Assembly (NCBI GenBank): GCA_018650445.1
Contig: JABIFX010000062.1
Coordinates: 12,918 to 76,917, forward strand
Length of the DNA stretch: 64,000 bases
DNA from: Fidelibacterota bacterium
Lineage (GTDB): Bacteria; Fidelibacterota; UBA8477; JABMPR01
Direction: 5' to 3'
Shown here in pieces: positions 20,315 through 29,888 of this stretch; positions within the stretch are counted from its first letter, which is position 1, and each line of letters opens with the position of its first letter. The notes under the pieces were generated by a model. It saw only the letters and a program-made list of their open reading frames with translations, had not been told where the DNA came from and did no database searches. Made by a program: the position numbers and the translations under genes.

Positions 20315-21496
20315 TTAAATAACACCGAATTGCTTGCCGACCTCAGTAAAGGCTTGAATGGCCCGATCGAGATGTTCGCGGGTGTGGGCAGCGCTGATTT
20401 GAGTTCGAATTCTGGCTTCTCCCTTAGGTACTACAGGAAATGAGAATCCAATAACATAGATTCCTTTTTCGAGCATGGCGGCGGCGATATCGGCAGCCAG
20501 TTTTGCATCTCCAAACATGATGGGCACGATGGGATGCTCCCCCACTTTTATATCAAATCCCGCAGCAGTCATTTTCTCCCTAAAGTAACGGGTGTTCTCC
20601 TCCAGTTTCTGGCGTAAATCTGATGATTCAGACAGGAGGTCAATAACGGCAATGCTGGCTGCGGTGATGGCAGGTGCCAATGTATTACTGAATAAATATG
20701 GTCTAGAGCGCTGTCGCAGCATATCCACAATTTCCTGGCGAGCTGCCGTGAAACCTCCGCTGGCTCCACCCATGGCCTTACCCAGGGTTGAGGTGATTAT
20801 GTCAACGCGTCCCATGGCACCTCGAAATTCATAGGAGCCTCTGCCATTTGGTCCAAAAAATCCGGTGGCATGTGAATCATCAACGTGAACGAGGGCATCA
20901 TACTTTTCTGCCAGATCACAAATTTTATCTATTTGGGCCACATAGCCATCCATTGAGAAAACACCGTCTGTGGATATAAGACGAGTCCGAGCATCTTGAG
21001 ATTCCTTCAAGATGGATTCCAACTCATCCATGTTGTTATTAGCATAGCGATATCGCCTGGCTTTACAGAGACGGACGCCATCAATAATGGAGGCATGATT
21101 GAGTTGGTCAGATATAATGGCATCCTCTGGCCCCAGAATGGTCTCAAAGAGCCCACCATTGGCATCAAAGCAGGATGAATACAGGATAGCATCATCCAAG
21201 CCCAGGAAACCGGCAATTCTCCCTTCCAATTCCTTATGAATACTCTGGGTACCACAAATAAATCTCACGGAACTAAGCCCAAAACCCCATTTAGCCAGCC
21301 CATTTTGAGCTGCTTTTATGAGGCGAGGATGATTGGCCAGTCCAAGATAGTTGTTGGCGCAAAAATTCAGCACCGATGTACCTGCTACCTGAATTTCGGC
21401 ACTTTGCTGTGATTCAATCACACGTTCTGCCTTGAACAGTCCAGCTGCTTTAATCTCGGCGAGTTCTTCAATTAGACGTGTTTTAGTTGTGTTCAT
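20315..21496 (-). CDS. kbl: Glycine C-acetyltransferase (2-amino-3-ketobutyrate CoA ligase)
   Basis: [41 protein letters not shown] and [11 protein letters not shown]. Confidence 0.96.
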   Translation of the reverse strand: MNTTKTRLIEELAEIKAAGLFKAERVIESQQSAEIQVAGTSVLNFCANNYLGLANHPRLIKAAQNGLAKWGFGLSSVRFICGTQSIHKELEGRIAGFLGLDDAILYSSCFDANGGLFETILGPEDAIISDQLNHASIIDGVRLCKARRYRYANNNMDELESILKESQDARTRLISTDGVFSMDGYVAQIDKICDLAEKYDALVHVDDSHATGFFGPNGRGSYEFRGAMGRVDIITSTLGKAMGGASGGFTAARQEIVDMLRQRSRPYLFSNTLAPAITAASIAVIDLLSESSDLRQKLEENTRYFREKMTAAGFDIKVGEHPIVPIMFGDAKLAADIAAAMLEKGIYVIGFSFPVVPKGEARIRTQISAAHTREHLDRAIQAFTEVGKQFGVI

Positions 21497-22505
21497 AACG
21501 GCTCCTGATCACGGGCATTAAATATTCTGAAAAAGCCTTGTCCAGATCATGATTGGCTGACCAACCCCAATCCGCCCGGGCCTGATCGTCGTCAATATCT
21601 GCTGGCCAGCTGTCAATGATGGACTGACGATTATCGTTGATAACAAAATCTATATTGGCTTCTGGATAATAGGATTTAACCTTGGATAAAAACTCCCCTG
21701 CGGAGGGGTTAAATGCCTTCACATTGTAAACCATCTGGGTCAAGGCCTCTCGTGGTGCTGCCATGAGCATCTCGATAGCGACGATAGCATCACTCATGGT
21801 CATAAATGGGATGGTAGCATTTTCCCGCACAAAACAGCTGTATGGTTCTCCCTTTGCAGCGGCATGGATCATTTCCGGTGCATAGTCACTGGTCCCGCCT
21901 GCTGGAAGTGTGTGAGCACTGATAATTCCAGGGAACCTGATACTTCTAAAATCAACTAAACCTGCCGTATCAGTGGTGGAAAGTCTCTTGTAATAGTGAC
22001 TGTAGTAATCTCCCAGACTTTCGCAATAGAGCTTGTTACAACCATACATGGTTTGAGGATGACGGTAATCATCTTCATGTATAGCACCAATCGAGGTCTT
22101 TTCTTTTAGGGAAGGGATTCCATAGACTGCAATTGAGCTGGGGAAGAAAAATTTAACAGGTTGACCGTGACTCTGGGCTTGTTCCATGGCGAGATCCAGT
22201 AGATTCAGAGTTCCATCCACATTCACTTCGTGGGCAATCACTGGAGAAAATTCTGCCCGAGTACTTAATAGAGCAGCCATGTGGTAAATGGCTTCGATTT
22301 GATATTGGGCGTTGATCCGTTCCAACAAGTTACGATCCAGAATATTTCCTATGAGGCAATCCTGAGTTCGTTCCTGAACGAATTCATCTGCCATGCTAAG
22401 ATCTATACCAATGAGATTGCGGATGCCTTGATTATGTAGAGAACTAACCAAACCATGACCGATTTCACCATTTACACCAGAAATCAAAATAATCGATTTA
22501 CGCAT
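21483..22505 (-). CDS. L-threonine 3-dehydrogenase (extended SDR / NAD-dependent epimerase type)
   Basis: GVNGEIG Rossmann motif, YGCNK catalytic motif, RFPGIISA...GGTSDYA; overlaps kbl. Confidence 0.85.
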   Translation of the reverse strand: MRKSIILISGVNGEIGHGLVSSLHNQGIRNLIGIDLSMADEFVQERTQDCLIGNILDRNLLERINAQYQIEAIYHMAALLSTRAEFSPVIAHEVNVDGTLNLLDLAMEQAQSHGQPVKFFFPSSIAVYGIPSLKEKTSIGAIHEDDYRHPQTMYGCNKLYCESLGDYYSHYYKRLSTTDTAGLVDFRSIRFPGIISAHTLPAGGTSDYAPEMIHAAAKGEPYSCFVRENATIPFMTMSDAIVAIEMLMAAPREALTQMVYNVKAFNPSAGEFLSKVKSYYPEANIDFVINDNRQSIIDSWPADIDDDQARADWGWSANHDLDKAFSEYLMPVIRSRYEHN

Positions 22506-22548
22506 TTACCTTCTCCAGAACTCTTGTTCTCATGATTTACGAATAAAT

Positions 22549-22583
22549 AAAAAAGCCCCCTGCTAAATTCAGCGAGGGGACTT
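22549..22583 (-). terminator. Intrinsic terminator
   Basis: GC hairpin followed by a T run on the minus strand, downstream of the 22612 gene. Confidence 0.6.
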
Positions 22584-22611
22584 AAAGGATATGATTTCAA
22601 AAAGGGAGGGG

Positions 22612-23103
22612 TTATTCGGTTTCAACCTCATCCTTTGTCAAGTAGTCATTAATAGCTTCGTTAAAGGTTTCAAGAGCCTTCACAGGAAGATTATCGATGT
22701 TGTCATTGATGCGACGGATAACCATGCGAGTGCTACTGGCATTTGTTTTCACAGTCGTCAATTCTTTTTGCATGGTATTGATTGACTTATCAACATACAT
22801 CTGAGATGAATCCATCTGGGTTGAGAATACTAGCATGAGGGTATTGATCGAATCTAGCTGGGCAGTCATGGCTAATAATGCAGCCCGATCTTCCATCAAG
22901 ACAGAGTCAAGAACAACACTCAAACTACCGGCAAGGTCTGAGACCAAAGCCTCTTTTTGGGCTTCACCTTGAGCCTGAACATATTCTACTGTAGCCAGAT
23001 TAAATTTTGCTGCACCACCCTCTGTAGGGATAAAACTCAAGGAGGAACAAGATCCTAAGAATAGAGCTGATAATAAAATTGAAATGGTAATCATTTTGTT
23101 CAT
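22612..23103 (-). CDS. Hypothetical coiled-coil lipoprotein
   Basis: Lipobox LGSC after a hydrophobic signal peptide; heptad-like helical body. Confidence 0.75.
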   Translation of the reverse strand: MNKMITISILLSALFLGSCSSLSFIPTEGGAAKFNLATVEYVQAQGEAQKEALVSDLAGSLSVVLDSVLMEDRAALLAMTAQLDSINTLMLVFSTQMDSSQMYVDKSINTMQKELTTVKTNASSTRMVIRRINDNIDNLPVKALETFNEAINDYLTKDEVETE

Positions 23104-23395
23104 TTGTATCCCCTTAATTGGAATGAGTGATGTGTGCTCAAGTTGATCCAGGTCACACGATATTTGCTTTCGAAAAAAATAGCGTTTGCTACAACCAAGT
23201 CAAGGAAAAAGCAGAAATTATGCCATTTTCTAGCAATTTAAAAAAGTCACCCAATCCAACATTGAATAACCTTGCCAACCTGAACCGATTTATCTCGATA
23301 TCACCCATACTTTTATTTTTCTTAGATTGGAAACTGGCAGCCCACTATTTATTCTTAGCCCGATCACTACTTATCAAAAAAAAGAGGATTTGAAT

Positions 23396-24385
23396 ATGGA
23401 ATATCGTCGTTTAGGAAGCTCAGGCTTAAAAGTAAGCACCTTGTCATTTGGGTCATGGGTAACCTTTCAGACTCAGGTTGATCTTTCACTGGCAGAAGAG
23501 ATGATGAAAACCGCCTATGATGCGGGAGTAAACTTTTTTGACAATGCTGAAGTTTATGCCAATGGTGCCTCTGAAGAGATAATGGGTGATGCCCTCAAGA
23601 AACTTGGTTGGAGCCGAGATACATTTATAGTTTCCTCCAAGGCTTTCTGGGGAGGGCAGCTTCCGACACAGAGAGGATTGAGTCGCAAACATATTACGGA
23701 TGCCTGCCATGCAGCTCTGGGCAGACTCAAGGTAAACTATCTCGATCTGTTTTTCTGTCACAGACCTGATGAGTCCACTCCCATTGAAGAAACTGTACGT
23801 ACCATGACTGATCTTATTCATCAGGGTAAGGTGCTGTATTGGGGGACTTCCGAATGGAGTGCACAGCAAATTATGGAAGCTTATGGTGTTGCCCGGCAGT
23901 ACGGACTAATCCCCCCTACCATGGAGCAACCCGAATACAATATGTTTCGTCGTGACTATGTTGAATCTGATTACCGAAGACTCTATACAGAAATTGGTCT
24001 GGGAACCACTATCTGGTCACCTCTTGCATCAGGATTACTCACTGGGAAATACAGTCAGGGCATCCCGGATAACGCCAGAGTCAATCTACCTGGATATGGC
24101 TGGTTGAAAAAAATGGTTGAATCGCCGGAGGGTCAGGCAAAAATTCAGAAGGCTATTAAACTCCAGGAAATAGCCAACGATATTGGTCACTCCCTGACAA
24201 ATATGTCATTGGCCTGGTGTGCTGTCAATCCCAATGTGAGTACCGTTATTCTGGGGGCTTCAAAAATGTCCCAATTGACAGAAAATTTAAAGGCCCTGGA
24301 TGCATTGCCAGCTCTGACACCAGAGGTCATGGAAAAAATTGAAGTGGTTCTGGAGAACAAACCAGCCCCACCACCCCAGTTTTAG
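23396..24385 (+). CDS. Aldo/keto reductase (Kv-beta-like)
   Basis: MEYRRLGSSGLKVS, FFDNAEVY, LYWGTSEW and WSPLASGLLTGKY; RBS GAGG before ATG 23396. Confidence 0.95.
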   Translation: MEYRRLGSSGLKVSTLSFGSWVTFQTQVDLSLAEEMMKTAYDAGVNFFDNAEVYANGASEEIMGDALKKLGWSRDTFIVSSKAFWGGQLPTQRGLSRKHITDACHAALGRLKVNYLDLFFCHRPDESTPIEETVRTMTDLIHQGKVLYWGTSEWSAQQIMEAYGVARQYGLIPPTMEQPEYNMFRRDYVESDYRRLYTEIGLGTTIWSPLASGLLTGKYSQGIPDNARVNLPGYGWLKKMVESPEGQAKIQKAIKLQEIANDIGHSLTNMSLAWCAVNPNVSTVILGASKMSQLTENLKALDALPALTPEVMEKIEVVLENKPAPPPQF

Positions 24386-24397
24386 TCAGAAGGATAT

Positions 24398-26998
24398 TTA
24401 CTCAAGGATAAAATCTAAGCCTTCAACAAAATCTCCTTCAGCAGTGGTTGTAACTGAAAAACTATTTTTTTCAGGGACTGATCGTACACCAAGGAACTCA
24501 AGTTGACTTTCATCCACCCAGGCTTCATAGTCCCCAGGGGGAATTTCCATAGAGTAGTATGACCCATCAGAAAATGTCCTGAGCGTAGATTCATAAGTAC
24601 CCCCAATAGCTTTCACATGAATTCTCAAACCAGAAATTGGGAGTAGTGTACCATCTACCATTTTATCTACGCGACCATCAATAATTCCCGTCGTAAAAAA
24701 TGGAATCTCCAAAACCTTAAAACTATTGGGATCCAGAATGACAGAAAACTCTCTGTTTTTTGGCATGAGCAGAGGATTCATGATATTTGATTCGTTGATT
24801 TCAAAATTGTAACGGCGGTAGGGTTGCAGCTGGGATAAGCGAGGTATACCAGACTTGGACAATTGTCTCGCCGAAGCCCGTTTAATGCTAACTGCGTTCC
24901 CAGGTAACAACTCTTCTCCCTCATCATATCGACCTGAGTTGTTTTCATCGACAAACATGCGGATAGAGGCGCCAGACCGTCCAACCTGCTGACGATTATC
25001 CCAAAGAAATTCACCATTCGGTTTGTCCAAGGCTATGGATCCTCTGATGGTTTGAGCAACGGAATGACTGTGATTGGCATTTTCTATCGAAGTAATACTT
25101 CTGAATTTATCAGCATCCCAGGAAATCCCCAGTTCATAGGTGCTGCTTTTGGATAGCATATCCCCACCAATCGCTAATTGGAATTTGAGGGTTTTAGAGA
25201 TTTGCTTGGTTATCTGAAGATTGTAAGACTCAAATTCACCATTCACCGTATTATAGAATACATCACTTCTGAGGTATGTGCCCCGGATGAGCTGATGGTA
25301 GAGAGGATTTCTAGGTATTGAGTAAACGACACTGACATGGGCATCGCTATGAACTGTTTGAGATTCAGCGTATATGACTCTTTCTTCTTTTAGCCCATAT
25401 CGAATTCTAAATCCCTTAATACTATTACTAAAATCGAGGTTAATCCCGATCTCGTTTGAGTCTGAATATTTCTTCCAATTACCATCGAGACGTGTGATGA
25501 TTGGATTTACAAAGATGGGAATCGGAAAGTAAACACCCGTATTCAGCGCATGGTTAAAGCCAAGCGGATTCTGCTCCCCTTTTTTCTGATAATAGGTATA
25601 GTCGAAATTCCAGGACGAATTTTGGGAACCGCGTCCCTGGGTAGTTACTTTGTAAAACGACCCATAGACAAGATCCAGATTAAGCAACAAATCACCACCC
25701 ACGCGGCTCGAGAATTGATTATAGAATATGGGTCTGTTTTGATTCTCCTTGCTGCCATAGTCAAGGCCAATTATAGAGCTCAACCACTTATTGACTCCAT
25801 ATGAAATCGCTAATTGGCTGAGATCTCTTTGTTCAGTATCCGTTGGATCTATGTTAGTCTGAACACCACCGTTTAGATGGTATCTTAATTCACCTGGTGG
25901 CAAAAAGTTAAAAGGGATATCAACCTGTCTGTCTAGTTCAATAACATGCCCCTGTTTCGCATAAATTCGGATTTTAAATCTGGATATTCCATAATTGAGA
26001 GGGACAAAAAATCTATAATAACCAACGTCATCGGCTGTGGAGACTTCAACGAGACGATCATTTTGGTACAGTTCTATTTCTGCTTCAGGATCAGTATTGC
26101 CATCAATAATATATTGATCAAATGATGTTTGCGTCATGATGGGTTCATTGGAGATACTAAAGCCGTGGATGCTTCTCTGGTTTAGACCTTTAGAAGTTAA
26201 AGCCCCAATACTGGTCCTGGTAAAATAAGGACTCTTATCCAGCACATAGCGCCATCTTACACCACTCACCTTAGCACTTGCACCAAATTGATTGCCCGTA
26301 GTAATAACTGTGCCCTGAACATCACCGAATAGGAGTTCACCCCCAATCGAAGTATTCAAATTTAAGTTTGTACTGTTTTTAGATACGGTGCTAAATAGGG
26401 TGTAATCAAGGAGTCCGCCATTTAGTACACGTTGCTCTCTTTGGTGAATAAGCGGATACCAATCGTCAGATACCTGGGTGTACTGCATCCTTCTCTGCTG
26501 ACTTCTTCTATTCTCATAACGACTGATTATGGGTAGGATATCACTGGTTTCCAGCTTTAAAACTAATCTACTCAGGTCAATGCTAAGTTTTAGATCAAAA
26601 AGTTCCTCAAACACTTTCGCTTTGAGGAAAAAATCCACATCCTTAATTAAGAAATCAGAGGCATACAGTGTGGTTTTTTGATCTTTTAGGTAGGCTGTAT
26701 GATTGGCAAAATCCAGAAGATAAGTATTGTCTTCATGTAGATAGTACCCACTCACACTAAAGCTTTTAGCACTTAATGTATAATTAATTGCCAATAGCTC
26801 GAAAAGTTCAGTTAGGGGAAAGAAGAATTCACCATCTTTTGTGATAGCGACCATTATTTCATCAATGACACCTTGATAGCGAAAAGAGAGATAAACTTCG
26901 TCTTCCCAGCTTTCGGATGACTCGCTTTCTGATGCACTGACAAAGCTTCCAGCCCATAGTATGCTGATAGCGAGTAAAAATCGTTTAAGCAAATTCAA
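24398..26998 (-). CDS. Fimbrial usher-like outer membrane protein
   Basis: 866 aa, signal peptide, beta-rich; EIELYQNDRLV...GYYRFFVPLNYG plug-like segment; C-terminal FVDENNSG and carboxypeptidase-regulatory-like domains; follows the chaperone and pilin genes. Confidence 0.75.
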   Translation of the reverse strand: MNLLKRFLLAISILWAGSFVSASESESSESWEDEVYLSFRYQGVIDEIMVAITKDGEFFFPLTELFELLAINYTLSAKSFSVSGYYLHEDNTYLLDFANHTAYLKDQKTTLYASDFLIKDVDFFLKAKVFEELFDLKLSIDLSRLVLKLETSDILPIISRYENRRSQQRRMQYTQVSDDWYPLIHQREQRVLNGGLLDYTLFSTVSKNSTNLNLNTSIGGELLFGDVQGTVITTGNQFGASAKVSGVRWRYVLDKSPYFTRTSIGALTSKGLNQRSIHGFSISNEPIMTQTSFDQYIIDGNTDPEAEIELYQNDRLVEVSTADDVGYYRFFVPLNYGISRFKIRIYAKQGHVIELDRQVDIPFNFLPPGELRYHLNGGVQTNIDPTDTEQRDLSQLAISYGVNKWLSSIIGLDYGSKENQNRPIFYNQFSSRVGGDLLLNLDLVYGSFYKVTTQGRGSQNSSWNFDYTYYQKKGEQNPLGFNHALNTGVYFPIPIFVNPIITRLDGNWKKYSDSNEIGINLDFSNSIKGFRIRYGLKEERVIYAESQTVHSDAHVSVVYSIPRNPLYHQLIRGTYLRSDVFYNTVNGEFESYNLQITKQISKTLKFQLAIGGDMLSKSSTYELGISWDADKFRSITSIENANHSHSVAQTIRGSIALDKPNGEFLWDNRQQVGRSGASIRMFVDENNSGRYDEGEELLPGNAVSIKRASARQLSKSGIPRLSQLQPYRRYNFEINESNIMNPLLMPKNREFSVILDPNSFKVLEIPFFTTGIIDGRVDKMVDGTLLPISGLRIHVKAIGGTYESTLRTFSDGSYYSMEIPPGDYEAWVDESQLEFLGVRSVPEKNSFSVTTTAEGDFVEGLDFILE

Positions 26999-27829
26999 TT
27001 AGATTTTGGTGAAACTGCCTCGGATCGTCTGGGGTTCGGTCGGGACAATTTCATTCGCAGGGATATCTGACCTGCCAGAGGTCACGGTTAGTACGACATC
27101 ATAATCACCCACATCAAGATCGCTGATATCCATGGTAAGACGCCTCAATCCATCATAATAGATGGATACGAATACTTTCTTCTCCTGGACAAGTTTGCCC
27201 TCTCCGTCAAACACTTCAGCATGCATAGTGCCTAAGAAGGGCGCATTACCACTTTTGGTATAATCAACAAAAACATTTGCCACCTGGTCTTCGATCACTG
27301 GACGAAGTTTATAGGGGACTACTCCTGAAGTCACTACTCCAGATTTATAAAAGATTGAGGTAATCTGGTTGAATTGCATGGTGATCTGGGTGCTAATTCC
27401 AGTTTGATTTACGGCACCAACCTCTGGGCTTACCGCACTGGATGTAGTGACCAATCTGGACCAGTACATTCCTGGCTCTATACCTCTTGGGGGTTTGGCT
27501 GTGACTCTGACTATCTGTCTTTCGCCAGGTCCCAGAACAAAATTTTTAGGAAAACCCCGCAACCAATCCGTGGCTGAGTGCAATTTTTCTTCGTTTGCAT
27601 CATCGTAGATTAATTCAATATCCCCTGCTTCATTGGCTTTTGGGTAGGCAAATTTAAAAGCCAGTTTGACTTCTTGAGGATCCTTGGAGTTATTCATTAT
27701 CAAAATAGTTTCAAAACGTTGTTTGCTATCCAAAAATGCGGATGTCGGTGAAATAGCTACCTGAGAAAACAGGCTGGAAAACATCATGATAAGTGTCAAC
27801 ACAATAAGGGTCATTCTTCTGCTAATCAT
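26999..27829 (-). CDS. Periplasmic pilus chaperone (PapD/FimC-like)
   Basis: Signal peptide, VAISPT start of the mature chain, FPKNFVLGPGERQIVRV...YWSRL PapD-N-like motif. Confidence 0.8.
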   Translation of the reverse strand: MISRRMTLIVLTLIMMFSSLFSQVAISPTSAFLDSKQRFETILIMNNSKDPQEVKLAFKFAYPKANEAGDIELIYDDANEEKLHSATDWLRGFPKNFVLGPGERQIVRVTAKPPRGIEPGMYWSRLVTTSSAVSPEVGAVNQTGISTQITMQFNQITSIFYKSGVVTSGVVPYKLRPVIEDQVANVFVDYTKSGNAPFLGTMHAEVFDGEGKLVQEKKVFVSIYYDGLRRLTMDISDLDVGDYDVVLTVTSGRSDIPANEIVPTEPQTIRGSFTKI

Positions 27830-27938
27830 ATCTATCTCTCAGTTTTGTAAAATTGATTCTCTATTGTCTTGATATATTAATCTAGATAAAGGCAGGAAGC
27901 CAACCCCAAAATAAGATGAAAAGAGACTCCAGAAAAAA

Positions 27939-27967
27939 GAAAGGGCTGTGATAATCACAGCCCTTTC
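27939..27967 (-). terminator. Intrinsic terminator after the putative major pilin gene
   Basis: Perfect 12-bp stem GAAAGGGCTGTG-ATAAT-CACAGCCCTTTC, followed by TTTTTT on the minus strand. Confidence 0.8.
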
Positions 27968-27994
27968 ACGGTCTTGTTTAGGAAATCTAAATTT

Positions 27995-28564
27995 TTATTG
28001 GTACACCAGGGTCATTGACCAGGCACCACCACCGTTACCACTAATACCTGAACCATTACCAGTTGCAGTTGAGTATGCACCAGGACTCTGGGAAGCACCA
28101 ACAACCAGGTCGCCACCAATCCAGAAGTTATAAGTTCCTGTACCACCACCACCGGCTGTTCCACTCAAATCCACAGTAGAAACACCACTGGTAAGCGAGG
28201 TTGCTGAAGCTGGTTGTGTTGTGCTATGACCAACAACATCAGCAGTAAATGTCATGTTTTCAGTTAAGTTGCCCAATACAGCTGTAGCATCAAAGGCGAT
28301 TGTGATTGTGGCACCTTCTTCTCCACTTATGGCAATGTTACCTGCAGTGGTTGTTCCACTAACATTGGCGTGTGCAGCTCCACTGAGTGGATCAACTGTA
28401 GCTGTTGAAGCTTTAGAAACATCACCAATAGCAATGTCTGTATTAGATGTATAACTAAGAGCAGTTACGCCCACAGTAGCTGAGACATCCAGGTTTTGAT
28501 CTTGAGCAAAACTTAAACTGGCTATGAGTGTTGCGATTAAAATTATAAGTGTCATCTTTTTCAT
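27995..28564 (-). CDS. DUF4402-like chaperone-usher pilin, probable major subunit
   Basis: Signal peptide; Gly/Thr/Ala-rich beta protein; WIGGDL..QSPGAYS and penultimate Tyr (LVYQ); has its own promoter and terminator. Confidence 0.75.
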   Translation of the reverse strand: MKKMTLIILIATLIASLSFAQDQNLDVSATVGVTALSYTSNTDIAIGDVSKASTATVDPLSGAAHANVSGTTTAGNIAISGEEGATITIAFDATAVLGNLTENMTFTADVVGHSTTQPASATSLTSGVSTVDLSGTAGGGGTGTYNFWIGGDLVVGASQSPGAYSTATGNGSGISGNGGGAWSMTLVYQ

Positions 28565-28629
28565 TTTCTTTTCATCCTTATTTCAATTTTTTCAAATGTT
28601 CGTTTCTCCGTCGAACACTGTCAATATAT

Positions 28630-28645
28630 TCAAAAGTGATGCCAA
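28630..28645 (-). promoter_or_regulatory. Sigma54-like -24/-12 promoter TTGGCATCACTTTTGA
   Basis: GG-N10-GA spacing upstream of the major pilin gene; one of four similar sites. Confidence 0.6.
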
Positions 28646-28805
28646 AACAGTATGCATATACTTATGTGCATATATAACAACCACTTATCATATTTTGGGT
28701 TACTGGAAATACTTAATTGATTACAAATATAGTCTCAATTAAATGACAACAGATGTAGACAATCTGTTGCAAAAATATTACACCTGTGTTGTAGAAAAAG
28801 AATAC

Positions 28806-29375
28806 CTAGTAGTACTGAACATATAAATCTACAGTCCCGGAATAGGCACCTGAACTAATCATACCCACATCGATGGTCCCAAATACATATAGGTAAGCCG
28901 TAACTATCTGAGGTGTGTGGGTACTGCTTGGTGGGGTGGGTGGTGCTCCTGCAGGACCACTCTCCCGTTCTCTCATTTGAAATCGAGCCGTATTACCTAT
29001 CGCCGTTTTGGCCTGATTGATGTCATTGACACCATAATTGGCATACGCAAGCTGAAGATTGAGTGGCATTTTTTGAGCGGGGTAAATGAGATGCACCAGG
29101 TCTGTGGGTGCTACCAGAGTTACCTCAACATCCAACTCTTCATTTCCACTGATAGCGAAAATGCCCATGCCCCCATCACCAAGCCCAATGCTTGTTATCC
29201 CATCTCCTGCCATTACTTGAGGAAAAGCCATATCTGCATCTTTTGTAGCATCAAGCGAACTGGCAACGTGTACACTAAAATTTATTGTCTGGCCTGATAG
29301 TGATTGCACAGACAGGGTCACAAATAGAGTACTTATAAGGATAAAGTGCTGAATATTGATTTTGCTTCTACTCAT
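28806..29375 (-). CDS. Pilin-like minor subunit (DUF4402-like)
   Basis: Signal peptide; C-terminal YVFGTI...SGAYSGTVDLYVQYY with penultimate Tyr. Confidence 0.65.
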   Translation of the reverse strand: MSRSKINIQHFILISTLFVTLSVQSLSGQTINFSVHVASSLDATKDADMAFPQVMAGDGITSIGLGDGGMGIFAISGNEELDVEVTLVAPTDLVHLIYPAQKMPLNLQLAYANYGVNDINQAKTAIGNTARFQMRERESGPAGAPPTPPSSTHTPQIVTAYLYVFGTIDVGMISSGAYSGTVDLYVQYY

Positions 29376-29393
29376 AATCTATCTAAACACATC

Positions 29394-29888
29394 CTAGTTA
29401 TAATCCACTTCAACGATAAAATCTCCATCATATTGTCCAGGAACCAGGCCTACCAGGCTGAAACGACATCCAACCCACATGTAATAAACTCCTGCTGAGT
29501 TTAAAACAACATTTTCAGGATTGGTGGTAAACAGGATAGAAGCAGATTGATTATTTTCAGGACTCCCGCTCAACATGTAATTCATGAGCAGGGGTTGATT
29601 TGTATCAAGATTGGTCATGGTTACCTGTATAGAATAGGATACCTGGATACTGGAGTTGGCCTGTCCCTCCAGTCGTAATACGCCTGCACCACCATCGGTA
29701 ATAGGAGAAATCACTTTCTCTTCCTGCCCAGGCAATACTATCCCGGCATCTATATCAGAAATCGTTATCACTTCAATCTGATCTAAAACATTGGCAGAGA
29801 TGTGAAGTTCAATGGCGGATTTTTCCTGCTGACCCAAAAGACTAGATCCGAGAATGAGTAAGCCAATTATGTAGTTGGACAGCTTCAT
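29394..29888 (-). CDS. Pilin-like minor subunit (DUF4402-like)
   Basis: Signal peptide; C-terminal WVGCRF...PGQYDGDFIVEVDYN; start overlaps the adhesin stop (ATGA). Confidence 0.7.
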   Translation of the reverse strand: MKLSNYIIGLLILGSSLLGQQEKSAIELHISANVLDQIEVITISDIDAGIVLPGQEEKVISPITDGGAGVLRLEGQANSSIQVSYSIQVTMTNLDTNQPLLMNYMLSGSPENNQSASILFTTNPENVVLNSAGVYYMWVGCRFSLVGLVPGQYDGDFIVEVDYN

